DNA of 63,665 nucleotides, the filler included, from Conidiobolus incongruus B7586 (lineage: Eukaryota): the NCBI GenBank assembly GCA_000697335.1. It is 12 parts of 12 records of this genome, joined end to end, with 100 filler letters (N's around TTAATTAATTAA, not from the genome) between each part and the next. Parts side by side here need not be neighbours in the genome. Positions count along the whole stretch, not along the records: positions 24,348 to 30,978 come from JNEM01005896.1; positions 31,079 to 34,128 come from JNEM01005902.1; positions 34,229 to 35,378 come from JNEM01005904.1; positions 35,479 to 38,186 come from JNEM01005905.1; 8 more parts are not named here. One strand, given 5' to 3'. Below the pieces are notes generated by a model. The model did not search any database. It saw only the letters and a program-made list of their open reading frames with translations, and was not told the origin of the DNA. Made by a program: the position numbers and the translations under genes. This document shows, piece by piece, positions 24,556 through 38,186 of the stretch (position 1 is its first letter; every line of letters begins with the position of its first letter).

Positions 24556-27444
24556 AAAGTAATAATCCATTTCAATATTTGATATTAATAGTATTAATAG
24601 CATATTAATTGAATTTAATTACTTGTATTAAAAAATAATTTTCATTTTCTCTGGATAGCTTACTTAAATTAATTTGGAATAAACTTGTTCAAACAAAAGG
24701 AAAAGAAATATATATATATATAATTTTATTTCTAATATAATAGGATTACTTAGAGTTTAATATCTATACTAACTTACTTCTGTTAAAAATATATTATTAT
24801 AAAAATTTAAATATTAAAACTTTGTTGGAATATAATTATTAAATAATATTTATATTTTATATTCTCATTGATAAAAAATATATATTCTAAACATTGAGAT
24901 ATATATGTTTTAAAAGCTGTAATTTTTAATATAATTGAATAATTGGGAATTTGAATTTTATATTAATATTATATAGAATCTAATTTAATATTGGAGAAAT
25001 TGTACTTATAATTTTATATAAAGTGAAGATCAAAAATAAGTTTTGAAAAATTCATAATATTTCAAATTTCAATAGATAATGATGAAAAAATATTTTTTAC
25101 TCCATAAACACGTTAAAATATATTATCCATATTATTTATCTGTTATTATCAAAAATTTCTAAAAGTATATTTCGATATTTGAATAAAAATAATCATCCAA
25201 ATTGAATATTGAAAGTTTCCGTTCGCTATTCATCGAAAGACTTCAAGAAGTTAATTACAAGATTAAACCAGGATAAGAGATGTGTGCACTCTGCCCTGTT
25301 CGTGACCTCGGACCTTGAAACGCCAAATGCAGTTTAATGACCTTTCATTTAAATATAAAAAATGTTTCAATTTTATTAATATAATAAATTATTAATTAAA
25401 AATTTTTATTTAATAATATACATACTAAAAACATTAATAAATAACATCATAATTGGTATTTTTAAAAATTTATTATTAATATAATAATCTTCTAGTAATA
25501 AATATTAGGTATCGTAAATATTAAAAAAATAATTTTTCAGTCATATTGCAAATAATTAATTCTTATTAAATTTAAAATCAATATACCAATATATATTATA
25601 CTGAATGTTTATATTTAACATTAATAATACTCTATATTTGAAATAATCATACTATTCGATAAAATTAAGGTAAATATAATAAATTAAGCCAACTTAATCA
25701 GATATCATTTTAACAATACAAATAACAAAACATTAAATATTTGACTTTTATAATACTGAATCGCTCTAGAACGAGTAAACAAACTCAGTTGTAAATGTTT
25801 CCATAATTAACAATTATAATGAAAATGTTAAATATAAGAATATATTTTAACTATATTAAGTTAAAATGATATTTAATAAAGCGATCAAAAGTGAAATTTG
25901 ATGCAAAATTTTTTCTGGGACTTTTTCGGACTTTTATAATTGATTTGGTAATGATAGCGAGTGATTTGAAATATTGAGGGTATATATTTACACTGATAAT
26001 ATATTGTATTCTTATAGACTTTATTATTTTGAATTTCAGATTACCAACAGTATTTTTCAGAGCCGTATATTGGTTTCTTACATCAAGTTTCATTTTTTCT
26101 GCAATCAAAATGCCCCATTACAATTTTCCTACGCCAATTTCATTAAGAGCAACAAATTTTTGATATCATTGAACAAACTACTTATTTAATAAATATCAAG
26201 TTTTGAGCTTTAAACATTTTTAGCCATATCTTATAATTAAAAAGTGACTGATAAAGTGATTAATGGACTCAAGTCATTAATTACTCAATTATAAGTGCAA
26301 TCATTACTTCGAATTATTTGATATTAAAATATTTAGTTTTGATTGAATAGCCATATTTCACATACAATATATGATTGATTATGAACATAATCCAATTCAA
26401 GTTTCAACCATTTAAACTGGGTTTACTATTTAATCAATCTCTATTTTTATCTAAGAGTTTATAGTATTGCCGATAACTATAACTTATGAACCCTCGAATA
26501 TTCTCAAGATTTAAAGATTAGCAATTTAGGGTCATATTAGTTCTGGAAGATGATGGTTTACAATATGAATATATTTTTATCATAATAGGATCTTTGAATA
26601 AATGTTAAAAAAAAGTATAGAGAGCAAATTAATACTATTGAAAATTAATTAATGATATCATTATACTGAGTAATATCCATTCAATAAAAAATTAATTTGT
26701 ACAAGCTACAATAAAAGTGATATTAAATAAGTTTTTAATATATATTGGCACCATTATTAATTTAACGGAAGCAACTAAATTAAAAATCATGCTTTGGTAA
26801 AATTTTCTTTTGAAATTCGTAATAAAAATTGAGTAGTTCGTTCATTTTGATTCATAACGAGTGAACGGATTATTTCAAAGACTAGACTCTTATTGATTGA
26901 AATTTTATTTTTGTTACACTTCACTCAATTGTCATGTTCAAACAGCTGAATACTTGAGATAATCAATCGATCCATTACAATCGATTAACCGCAAAATTCA
27001 CTCTTTCCGAATTAGAACATTGGATTAAATAACCAAAATATTTTTCTCAATGATTAACGAATTTTGAGTATGAGAGATCGTTTAAGCACGTTTTATCAGG
27101 TGTTGTGCACACCTTATCACGTCAATATATTTCCATGAGAAAAAAATTGATGTTAAATTAATGGTAGAAAATAATTCTAAATCCTAATTAACAACAGACC
27201 AACCCCCTTCCAAATTCATTCATTCATTCATTGTTTTATTGCATTAATAATCTTCATTCCTTATTCTTCATAACATTAACACCTTTTAGAAGACTAGCCG
27301 TCCCTTTTATTTTCTCTACTACTCTTCTATCATTTATATTTTAGAACGCTTCCTCTCTTTTATATTTTTACCCTACTTTAATTTATAAACTAATTTAATA
27401 TCTTTTATCAGAATTAATATTCAATTCACACATTTTTATAAAAA

Positions 27445-29823
27445 ATGAACGGGTATACTATTTTATTCTAATTTTATTTAGTTTATAATAACATTTTTCT
27501 TTAGTGAATCTGTTACTTCTATGAACTCCCCCTCAGTCAATCAATGGGTTGAAATTATTGACCCCCAGACTCAAAATATCATATATGCCAATCCTGTAAG
27601 TATAAATACCAATTTTAATATTCTAATTCTTTTATTCTTTATAAATTGAATACTTTATCTAATATTTTTGTTTTAGTCTACAGGAGAATGTTCTTGGGAA
27701 CGTCCCCTTAACGTTACAATCCGTCCAAGGTACCCCGAAGGAGAGTGGTGGGAGCTCTTTGACGATAACAATAAACTTCCTTATTACTATAATACAGTAT
27801 CTCAACAAACTGCTTGGGTTCGTCCTTCTACGGGTATTATTATTCCGCTGGCTAAAATTCAGGTAAATTTACTAAAGCTTTTTTATTTTTATTCTATTCA
27901 CTAAATAATCTCAACATCTAAATTCACAAAATATATAATTAGATTATTATTCATTCAACTGTAGAATATTTTATTCATTTTATTTTTTAACTTTAGACAT
28001 CTGGTATGAATACTTCTACACCTGAAAAAACTCCACAATCAAATTATGAACCTGTTAGTAGCGACCAATCCACACACTCTTCACCCCTCCGCACAAACTC
28101 TCCCCCAACTCTTAATCATACTTCTGAGGACTCTCAAAACGACTATTCTCTGTCCTCTTCCTTGCCAACCTCCCCAATCCCAATTAATTCGCCTTTTTCC
28201 CATAAAAATAAGGATGTTAAATTGCTATCCAACCCCAGACGCAATTCAGACGGCAACAAGCTGAATCAAACGGTACCTCAACCAGCTGCGCTGAAAAATG
28301 AGATGCCCAATCACCAGCATAAAAAATCAGTTCCCCGCGCATTATCTTTTATTTCCCCTAATATGGATAACTGTAGTATTAGTTCACCTACATTTGGTAA
28401 AGGTTACAGCTCCCTCCGACCTTCTCTTAATATCGACATCCGCTCCCCTAGCTTCAAAACCACATTTGGTAACCGAAAGAATTCTGAAGTATGCGAAGTA
28501 GACTCGCCAAAATCATTGCCTACACAGTTAAGAAATGAAATAGGCCAATTTCAAATTGATGGTTTTGCAAAAAAGTTTTTCTCAACACACAAAAAGGGAT
28601 TGTTTAGAAGAAAAGTCCCAATGGAAGAATTGTTACAATGGACATCAGAATCAATTAGTCAACCTTTACTCACAGTGAATAAGGATCAGAGAAAAGAAGT
28701 TCTTAAGATTTTCAAAACTATCCAAAAAATTATGAAGGATAGACCTAGAACCAGTCGAGTAAGTTTGAATGGTCATGCTTCCACATCTAATGTCAATCTT
28801 GCAAATATATCCAGGACATCTATTACCAAACCCAACGCAACTTCTAAAGCAGATATTATTGATATTCAATGGATTTTGGATCGTGGTATCACTCAAGGTA
28901 CGTTAAGGGATGAGATTTGGGTTCAATTATGTAAACAACTCACTTGTAACCCCAATCCGCAGAGTGAGCGACTTGGGTGGGAATTAATGGTCATGTGTGC
29001 ATTATGTTTCCCTCCCTCCAAAAATTTTGAAGAATACTTAATCAAATTCGTCAATGAACACACCGATCCTACCAAAAATTCTTACGAAATAACTAAAATT
29101 GCCGAATATTGTAAGAAGAAATTAAAATTAATATGCAAAAATGGTCCCAAGGGCAAGGTAATTACTGAAGGAGAGATTGAACAAGCTAAAATGGCTCCAT
29201 TTACTTTCTCATTATTTGGTGAAACCCTCGAAAATATCATGGCTCATCAACAAGAGAAACATCCTCATTTGAAAACTAATTTACCCAGGATTTTTACATT
29301 CCTTACAAAATCTATCCTTAAATTGGGCGGTGATCAATCGGAAGGTATTTTCAGAGTTCCTGGTGAGCAAGAATTAATTACCGAACTAAGACTTAAGCTT
29401 GAGCAAGAAGAATTCGATTACAACTCTGTTCCCGATTGTAACGTTCCAGCATCCCTTCTCAAGCAGTGGTTACGTGAGCTTGAAGAGCCTCTTATCCCTA
29501 CGGAATTCTACCAAGACTGTCTCACGCAGGTTAAAGATGGAGCCAGTGCATTTGAACTTATGAAGCGTCTCCCCGATATTAACCGTAGAGTTATTAATTA
29601 TCTCATACAGTTTTTACAGATTTTCGCTGATCCTGAAGTCGTCTCAAAAACTAAAATGAACATTTCCAATCTTAGTATGGTATTTGGACCCAGTTTCTTG
29701 AGAAATCCCAGTGAAAACCTCACTGAAGTACTAGATAAGGCACCAAAGGAGAGAGATTTCCTAGCCTGCTTAATTCAACACTATTATCCCGAGGGTGAGA
29801 AGACAAGAGACTTTTTCATGTAA
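27445..29823 (+). CDS. WW-WW-MyTH4-RhoGAP protein (ARHGAP39/Vilse-like), about 4 exons
   Basis: Upstream exons give QWVEIIDPQTQNIIYANP|STGECSWERP and EWWELFDDNNKLPYYYNTVSQQTAWVRP (two WW domains). MyTH4 motif LRDEIWVQLCKQLT..GWELM. RhoGAP motifs SEGIFRVPG, ASLLKQWLRELEEPLIP and KMNISNLSMVFGPSFLR. Confidence 0.92.
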
Positions 29824-31326
29824 ATTCTGTTGAAATTATTCAATTCGGCTCAATTTTAATGCATCATCATGTAAAACTATACACCTTCCCATTCCATTCT
29901 ACTTCATTCTAACCTGTTAACTAACTTCATTATCTTTATGTTTTTACGTGAAAGACGCACAGTTATTTTTCTAATTTTCCAATTCAATTAATATTGTCAA
30001 CATTTATCTTTACTATCTTCATTTTCATTGATCTGGTATCAAATTAACAAGATAATTTATCCCCCTTACATATTCATAATAATTTGCTTATTTCAAATTA
30101 TACATCAATATTATTAATTCTATCCAATTTAAATGTTATAAAACTTATTCTGAATTGATTTGGAATAAATTACTATTATTTGTAAATTATATTTGTATAT
30201 TTATCAAAGTATACTAAATAATTTTCCTGAAAGAAACTTATTTCAAATATAAAATTGATTTAGAGATTTTTGGAAATGTTATATATAATCATTGTTATTA
30301 GGTTGAACACTAAGTAGCAATTGTTTTTTAATTTAATCAATTCTCATTAACATATTGTCTTAGTCTTATTTAATTATTTAAATTACTGTTCTTGAATTTA
30401 TTATATATAAAAATATTTGGATTTAATTTAAAAAAGGTAACTAAAATTGGCAAGGTTGAAAATTTGGGTTAAATTAAGTATACAATATACTAATTCGTTG
30501 TTCTACATTAGGCAATATAAAATGTAATCCAAATTTTTCATAAATTATATACTGGTATAAATCTATTAATATTTATAAGCATTCAATATAACCTTTATTT
30601 TTACTAAAGTTTCATTTTTTTAAAATATTATAAATTATACTACTGAACTATTATGAACCATAAAAAAAATTATATTATAAAAATTTCATACCAATGATAA
30701 AGTTTCCTTTAATTAATATAATAGGAAACCCTTTAGTTATGTATTGCTGTTACTATATATAGTTACTTATCTATTTATTTATTCTTAGTTTGTATTGGTA
30801 CAATTAAAATAATGAAATAACAAAATTTTGAAAAGTTAAAATTTATTTTAAAAAATATTTATTAAAAAAAATAATAAAATTAAATTTATAATATTATTAA
30901 TAAAGGGAATAAATTATAATTATATTATAATATATATTCAATATAATAAATTAAAATTTTTTATTATATTTAATAAATNNNNNNNNNNNNNNNNNNNNNN
31001 NNNNNNNNNNNNNNNNNNNNNNTTAATTAATTAANNNNNNNNNNNNNNNNNNNNNNNNNNNNNNNNNNNNNNNNNNNNTGAAATAAAAAATATAATAGAA
31101 AAAAAATTTTTATTGAATATTAAAATTGAGTTTAATAATATTTATTAAATATTTATATTTTATTATGGTATATAGTTTTAAATTTATTGACCACTTAAAT
31201 TGGAAAAGGAGAGATTAATTGTTAAATGGATAAATTTAATAGGAAAGTATCACGTGATTTTAATTAATCACAAATTTCAATCTCGAACCCATAATATCAT
31301 TTCATCAAATTTTTCATCTAATCATG

Positions 31327-31334
31327 TATAAATA
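31327..31334 (+). promoter_or_regulatory. TATA box upstream of U3
   Basis: TATAAATA about 30 nt upstream of the predicted U3 5' end. Confidence 0.5.
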
Positions 31335-31363
31335 TCTAATTAATTTGATAGATTTTAAGATTA

Positions 31364-31575
31364 ACGACTGTACTTTACAGGATCATGTATATAGTACATT
31401 TCTGGTCTTTGTTCATCAACTTAGACACAGTTCAAAAATCTGGTAGATGATCATAAGTGCAACCTCTGTAAAGGGACGAGTTGAGATAAATATCTTTGTA
31501 TATTTACCTCAAGTGGATGAACTTGCCGGTCTCATTCCAGGGCTTGGCGAGGAGGTTTGCACACTCTGACAGATT
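31364..31575 (+). ncRNA. U3: U3 snoRNA (~212 nt, intronless)
   Basis: GAC box, box A' TACTT, box A CAGGATCAT, box C' GATGA, box B GAGTTGAG, box C GGATGA and box D TCTGA. Terminal stem AATCTG/CAGATT and stem TGCAACCTC/GAGGTTTGCA. Confidence 0.88.
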
Positions 31576-33232
31576 ACCCCTTATCATATCAAAAAACCTT
31601 TTATTTAATTCAATATTAAATTGAATATTATAAACCAAAACCAAGAGTTTCAATATCCTGGCAAATACTTGAAAATGATTTTTGCCCTTAAGATATTAAC
31701 CCAGTATATACGTCTTAACATAAATAGATATAAAATAGACTTTATTTTTATAATATCTTTTATGTCCGCATGTAATATACACTTTTGCCACCATTATACA
31801 TCATCTTGATATAGTTTTGTATATAAATTGGTCTCAACAGTCATAATTATCAGCCACTTGATTGAGAAGTTTAATATTATTGAATGTACTTTAAATTTTT
31901 TACTCCATATCAGAGCACTTTCTTGATTGAATACTCAAAGTAGAACAAATAACTTTGAATAAATTACTTGTAATTTGTGCGCAAAATCACTAGATGATAC
32001 TTTTACTTTTATGTAAAATGGCGCATTCAAAAAACATATTATACTATTTAAAGACTATGATCGTATGATTAATAATATATTCTGATATGTTTTCAAATAA
32101 TTCAATACCATTATATACCTTTTATATATTTTATTAATTTAAAAAAGCTTGAATAATTTAATTATGTAATATGTATAAATAAACATTTATTATATTACAA
32201 TTTTATATCAATTAAATTTCAACACTGTACAATGATTAAACCCTGTTTATGTTTTTTAGTTAAAGTCAATTAGATTTGTTCAATTTGATATGAAATAAAA
32301 TATGGATCAAAAATATATGTCAATATAATATTTATTAAATTATAAGTACATAACTATTTTCTAGAATTGAATTAAAAATTTTCAAATTAATTTTGCTGTG
32401 AGTTTAAGAAAAGAATAAATAAGATTTAATTAACCTAATGGATTGATAATTTTATTCAATTAAATTAATATTTCATATAATTTTAGATTAATTCATTCTT
32501 TGCCTTAATATAATGCATACTTTTGTATACTATTTATTATTTATTATTATTAATGTACAGTTTAGGGTTATATCAAACGTTTATTAATTGAATTTAATAC
32601 TTGATTGGTATTAATCAAAATAATTTCAAATATTACAAATTATTTATAAAATCTTTTAATAAGATAAAAATGAGATATTTTCATCCTTAATGTATATATA
32701 GTTATTGATTTCATAATTTCAGTACTAAATTATAAAACGAATTAAAAAGTTTGATTCAAAAATAATAGATTTACATCATTTGATGATTTTGAAATGTGTT
32801 TTATTATCAAATCAAATATACAATGATTTAGGTATATTTATAAAGTTAATTTCTAACTAAAATCTCATCAAAAGTTTTAATACTGTAATACTCAAATTAT
32901 TAATTCAAATATATTAATATAGCATAAAATAATATAAATAATAAAATTCCAAATTAGGAAAATAAAAATAAATACTCCAATTTTATCCTTTATATAAAGT
33001 CAATTATTAGCTGTACAGATATTATTAATAATGCAATAATTTTAATTTTAATATGAATTACTTTATATTAATTAATTTTCAAATTATATTTTCATTTTAT
33101 TATTATTATTTTTTAAATTTTATAAAGAGGATTATTTTTACAAAGGATTTACTTTAAAATTATCATTCTAAATTATAATGTCTTGAAATTCATGAATGTT
33201 GAAATATATGTAATAGCTTATATAAAAAACAT

Positions 33233-33263
<31 letters not shown>

Positions 33264-33997
33264 TTAAGTTGAATCATATTGGATTATATATTATTACTTA
33301 TTAATTATTATTATTATTTTTAATATTTTAGAAGGTTAAATTTTATTATTTTACACTCATTACACCCTGTTCAAGTTTTAGGATAAATCCTATTTGATTT
33401 ACAAAATATTTAACTTTTTTACAAATATTAAAATGTTTTTCATTTAAACAAATTTTTAGAATTGAATAAAATTATATAAAATTAAAATAAATTCAATGTA
33501 TTTGAAATATACTTCATTATAAATCAAAGTTTTACTAATTGATTTCAGTTTCAATAAACTAAAGTAGTTTTAACTGAAAATCTGGATAATGTGAAAAGAA
33601 CATAAGTTACAATATTATTAATACATTCAGTAAACTGCAAGATTTCACATGTTATATATATTTAGTATTAGTGATTATGATCAATAGTAATGTCACTAAT
33701 ATTTATCTAATTATTAGACTCATGCTCAATAATGATGGGTAATTGATTCATAATTTATGACACAATATATAGTCAATCAAGTTGAAAATTTATCTTAAAC
33801 ATATTAACTTTTAAAAAAATAATAATATATTCAATTAATTAGAAATATAACTGCTATGAATATTAAAATTGAAATACTCAGTTAAATTTAATACAGAGTA
33901 CTTGTTTTATAATAATTATATTATTATAATAAAAATCTATATTATTCATTATTGTTTATAATATAAAAATTATTATTATTAAAAAATTAATAATAAT

Positions 33998-34128
33998 ATT
34001 ACCTTGAATTTGAAATAATGGGAAATTTTTTAATTTCTGATTTTTCAAACATATTATTAGTTTGAAATAAATAAATATATACAAAGTTAATAGGAAATTA
34101 TATATATTAGTTTTTTTGATTAAAAAAT
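33998..34128 (+). mobile_element. Mariner 5' end (TIR and leader); similar ends at 35273-35378 (+) and 55048-55140 (-)
   Basis: TATTACCTTGAATTTGAAATAATGGGAAATTTTTTAATTTCTGATTTTTCAAACATATTATTAG recurs and matches the left end of the element at 46919-48234. Confidence 0.75.
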
Positions 34129-34228
34129 NNNNNNNNNNNNNNNNNNNNNNNNNNNNNNNNNNNNNNNNNNNNTTAATTAATTAANNNNNNNNNNNNNNNN
34201 NNNNNNNNNNNNNNNNNNNNNNNNNNNN

Positions 34229-35270
34229 TTACTAATTTTATCTCTTTTATAACTAGTAGATAATTAACTTAATTTAAATTTAATTTATATTTTATTTTTA
34301 AATTATAAAATATATTAATTAACAAGGGAGAATAAGTTAAATTTAACTTTATAAATATTATATTAAAGCTAATAATATTCTAATCAAGAAAAATAAAACT
34401 AGTTAATTTAAAATATTTAGTTTATAAACAAAAACTTTATATTTTAGCTAAAATAATTAAAAATCAGTTATATTTTTTGTTTTGTAGCTTTTACTTAATA
34501 TTTATAAGCTATAAATTATTTATATATTTAAATACTCAAAATACTTATTAAAAAGATAAATTAATAAATTAAAACTATTTATTAATGTTTTTTTGATCTA
34601 ATAATTTTTAATTTAATAAATTTATATTCTAGATATTTTATTAAGAGATAATATATATATTATTTCATTTTGATTATAATAATCTAATAATATTAACTTA
34701 AAAATTATTAATAGACAAAATAAAAAATTTATCAAACTAATTTAAATAACACTACCATATAATGATTTCTTTTTTTTAATCAAAGAGGAGCTTTATAAAT
34801 TATTAAAAAATTAAATAAAATAAGTTAAAATATATAAAATTTTTAATTACTTATTATATTATAATAATTATTTATATATTTTAAATATTATTAAGATTAA
34901 ATAAGTAATATTTATTAAAAGCTATATTTTATTGATTAGAAAATATTAAAATTTATAAAAAATTATTATAAAAATCAAAATAAGATATTAATAACTTTTT
35001 GAATCAAATTAATTTAGAGATATATTAATATCTAAGATATATATTAAAAAATTAAACATAATACTTAATTAAAATATGATAAACTTATTTCTTTATAAAT
35101 TTTTAATAAAAAATAATAATCAAATTAGCATATTTTTATAAAAATCTTTAAATCACCAAATGACAATAATAATTTAATAATTTTATTTAAATCAATATTT
35201 AGATATATTTATTTTACTACTTATTTTAAAACCTCTATAACTAAAAATATCATAAAACTATCATTCTTTA
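34229..35270 (+). mobile_element. Decayed Ty3/gypsy pol fragment (RNase H region)
   Basis: Reads LKLIIF*SRKIKLVNLKYLVYKQKLYILAKIIKNQLYFL...FISYKLFIYLNTQ, which back-mutates to PIAF.SRKMKPAE.KYSVYEQEL.AL....H...TDHKSL.YLNTQ. The 3' limit is uncertain. Confidence 0.6.
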
Positions 35271-35478
35271 ATATTACATTGAATTTGAAATAATGGGAAA
35301 TTTTTTAATTTCCAATTTTTCAAACATATTATTAGTTTGAAATGAATAAATATATACAAAGTTAATAGGAAATTATATNNNNNNNNNNNNNNNNNNNNNN
35401 NNNNNNNNNNNNNNNNNNNNNNTTAATTAATTAANNNNNNNNNNNNNNNNNNNNNNNNNNNNNNNNNNNNNNNNNNNN

Positions 35479-36163
35479 CGACGAAAGCATCGATTAAGTA
35501 GTCAATTTCGTCGTTAGCTAAAGCAAGACCAAACTCCTTGTTAGCTTGAGATAAGGCTTGCTTGGGGTCAACGTTGGGGTTCAAGATATCTACATAAATC
35601 AAAGGACGAGCATCACCTGATTTGAAGACGAAATCCTCATTAGGGATATCGTTCTGGATGACTTGGGTCATTCTGTCATAGATCAAATCACCATATTGGG
35701 CTTCGAATTCGTCGGCGGTCAAAGAGGGAGAGCCAGCGGGAGTGGAAATGAAGTAAACAATACCACGTTCAACGCGTTGGATAGCAGAGTCTAACCCACA
35801 TACGTTAAGGATATTCGTAGCTTTTGATGACCATGGGGAAATAGATCCAGGACGGGGAACAACCCAAAAGAGCTGGACTAACTGGCCATTTGAGTCTTCA
35901 AAATAGGAGCCAGCAACAGCTTGGTCGAGTTTGTTGGCGAGGATCTGGTTGTATTCGGCATTCTCCAAACCATCACCATAATTGAGAAGAGTTTTCAAAA
36001 TCTTTAAATTTTCAGTATCCAAATTGGAGTTTTCCTTCAAATGGACGAAGTGGACAAAATAAGCACCAACACCAGTGATTGTCTGGTTACGGGACTGTAA
36101 TTGCTTTAACAAAGCTTGGATACGAAATTGGGAAAGAGCACTGTTTCCTTTTAAAGTCAACAT
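35479..36163 (-). CDS. ADE6: Phosphoribosylformylglycinamidine synthase (large PurL), 5' part only, truncated by gap
   Basis: MLTLKGNSALSQFR, VVPRPGSISPWSSKATNI, RVERG, IYDRMTQ and ANKEFGLALANDEIDYL. Confidence 0.95.
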
Positions 36164-37454
36164 TCTAAGATAATCTAAGTATGCAAATATTGAATGTAAT
36201 AAAGTAAAATGTTAGTAATGGATTCTTTTAAATCGATAGATATGATGATCTATAAGCTTATTTAAAAGACCCTTTGTTACTGTATTGGTAGTTTTGATTG
36301 AGTGACGACTAGATACTGTACTAACAGTGGATCAGAATTTGACCTCTTTTTTATACTTGAGAAAATCTTTTGAGTTTGGATTGTGGGTTAGTTTTTTGGG
36401 TGAGGCCAGTGTTTAACCATGTGAATTTTCAAATGAGAGCGGGACAATTTAAATTGACATAGCATATTTAGTATGAGTGGATGAATCAATCGCTTCTATG
36501 CAACACAATGGTAAAATTGGCACTTGTTATAGATTTTTATGTACTTTTTAAGTTAATATTTATGTTATTGATTTGCTAACATTCAAAGTAGCGAACCCAT
36601 TGTTATTTTTAATAATTAATTTATTTGATATTTTGTATGACAAGTAAATATTTCTCCTCCAATTTCAGTTTTAAGTTAATTTTTCTAATCAATCAGTGTA
36701 CAACTTGTAATTAGTATTACATCATAAATGTCTTTAAGATGATACCATCAGCTATATTATTGCTATATTCTTTACCAATTATTTATTCATTTTAAAAATA
36801 TATAAACTTTTATTTTAAGTTATTAAAAGTATTTCACAATATCTAGGAATTTTTTTCAATTTCTATCAATATATTTTTGTGTCTAGTTAAAATTATTTAA
36901 TAGAAAACTGAAATATTTTGTAAAAATAGTATATATTCTTTTATCTCGTAGTATTTAACATATTAATAATAATAAATGGGATTTACTTAAATGCAATTTA
37001 CAAATCTGGTTACTAGGATATATGAATGCTACAATCTTGTACCTTGATTATGATTATTAACTTGTCAATGGTTAAAAACATTGAGGGAAATTGGTTAAAG
37101 ATTTAAAAATATATTGCTTAGAATATTTATTAATAAATATATAGTTAGGACATAGTCCTTATCAATAATTCAAAAAATCAATCAAATCAAGTCAGTTTAT
37201 TTGTAATCATATATGAGATTTGATGATCTATGATTATATACAATACATTATTTAAGGAAATAGTTAGCAACAGTATATGATTCTTTTATTTCCTTTTATT
37301 AAGTTTTTGTGTTATGATGATTGATAATTCTCTCTTGAATAATAAAATTGATAATTTAATCAATTATATCAAGTAATTTTACTATTAACAAAATATATGG
37401 ATATAGTTGAAATTAAAATATTATTCTTTTATTAATATTGAATTATGATGATAA

Positions 37455-38186
37455 TATTATCTTAAATTTGAAGAAATAAGAAATTTTTTAATTTCTGATT
37501 TTTCAAATATATTATTAGTTTTAAATAAACAAATATAGGTAAAAAATAGGAAATTATATAGTTTTAAATTATATATATTATATTTTTTTTGATTAAAAAA
37601 TTAACTTTTTAAAATGATTTTTTAATTTAACTATATTTAAACTAAATAAAAATCATCAAAGTTTTTTATTTTATTATTAGTAAAACTTAACCATAAACCC
37701 TGTAAAATTTTTTAAAAATTTACAAATAGCTTTTAATAATCAAGTATTATTTAACTTAACTATTTATTATTAGGTAAATTATTTTAAAGTTAAAAAAATT
37801 ATTTAAATTTTATTAAAATATAAATAATTAATTTAAGTTATTATTTTTTTAATTATTAATAAAGTTAAAAAATATATTAAAAAATATCTTTTTATTTTAA
37901 TTGAAAAATTATTTTAATATTTTAATATTTGTAATATAAGTATTATATTTATATCAAAGTTTAAATTTAAATTAATTAATAAAAATAGAAAATAAATATT
38001 TTATAATTTAATTAAAGTTTAAAAAAATTAAAATAGTTATTATTAAATAAAACTTATTTAAGTATTATTAAAAACCAATATTTATACAATAAATAAATTT
38101 TAATTAATAAATCTTTAATTCCATTATATAACCTTTTATTAAAATATAAATTAAAATGCTAGATTAAATTAATTTAACTTTTTTTA
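37455..38186 (+). mobile_element. Decayed mariner, 5' half
   Basis: Starts with the family left end. Positions 37580-38180 align with 48450-49040. Confidence 0.75.

Noticed and set aside
25215..25240. 5.8S rRNA-like TCGATGAA on the minus strand
   Set aside because: The match is too short and the rest does not align.
25851..26189. Overlapping 85-aa and 71-aa ORFs
   Set aside because: TTG starts, AT-driven composition and no motifs.
31621..31809. 62-aa ORF downstream of U3
   Set aside because: TTG start and no recognisable features, so probably a chance ORF.
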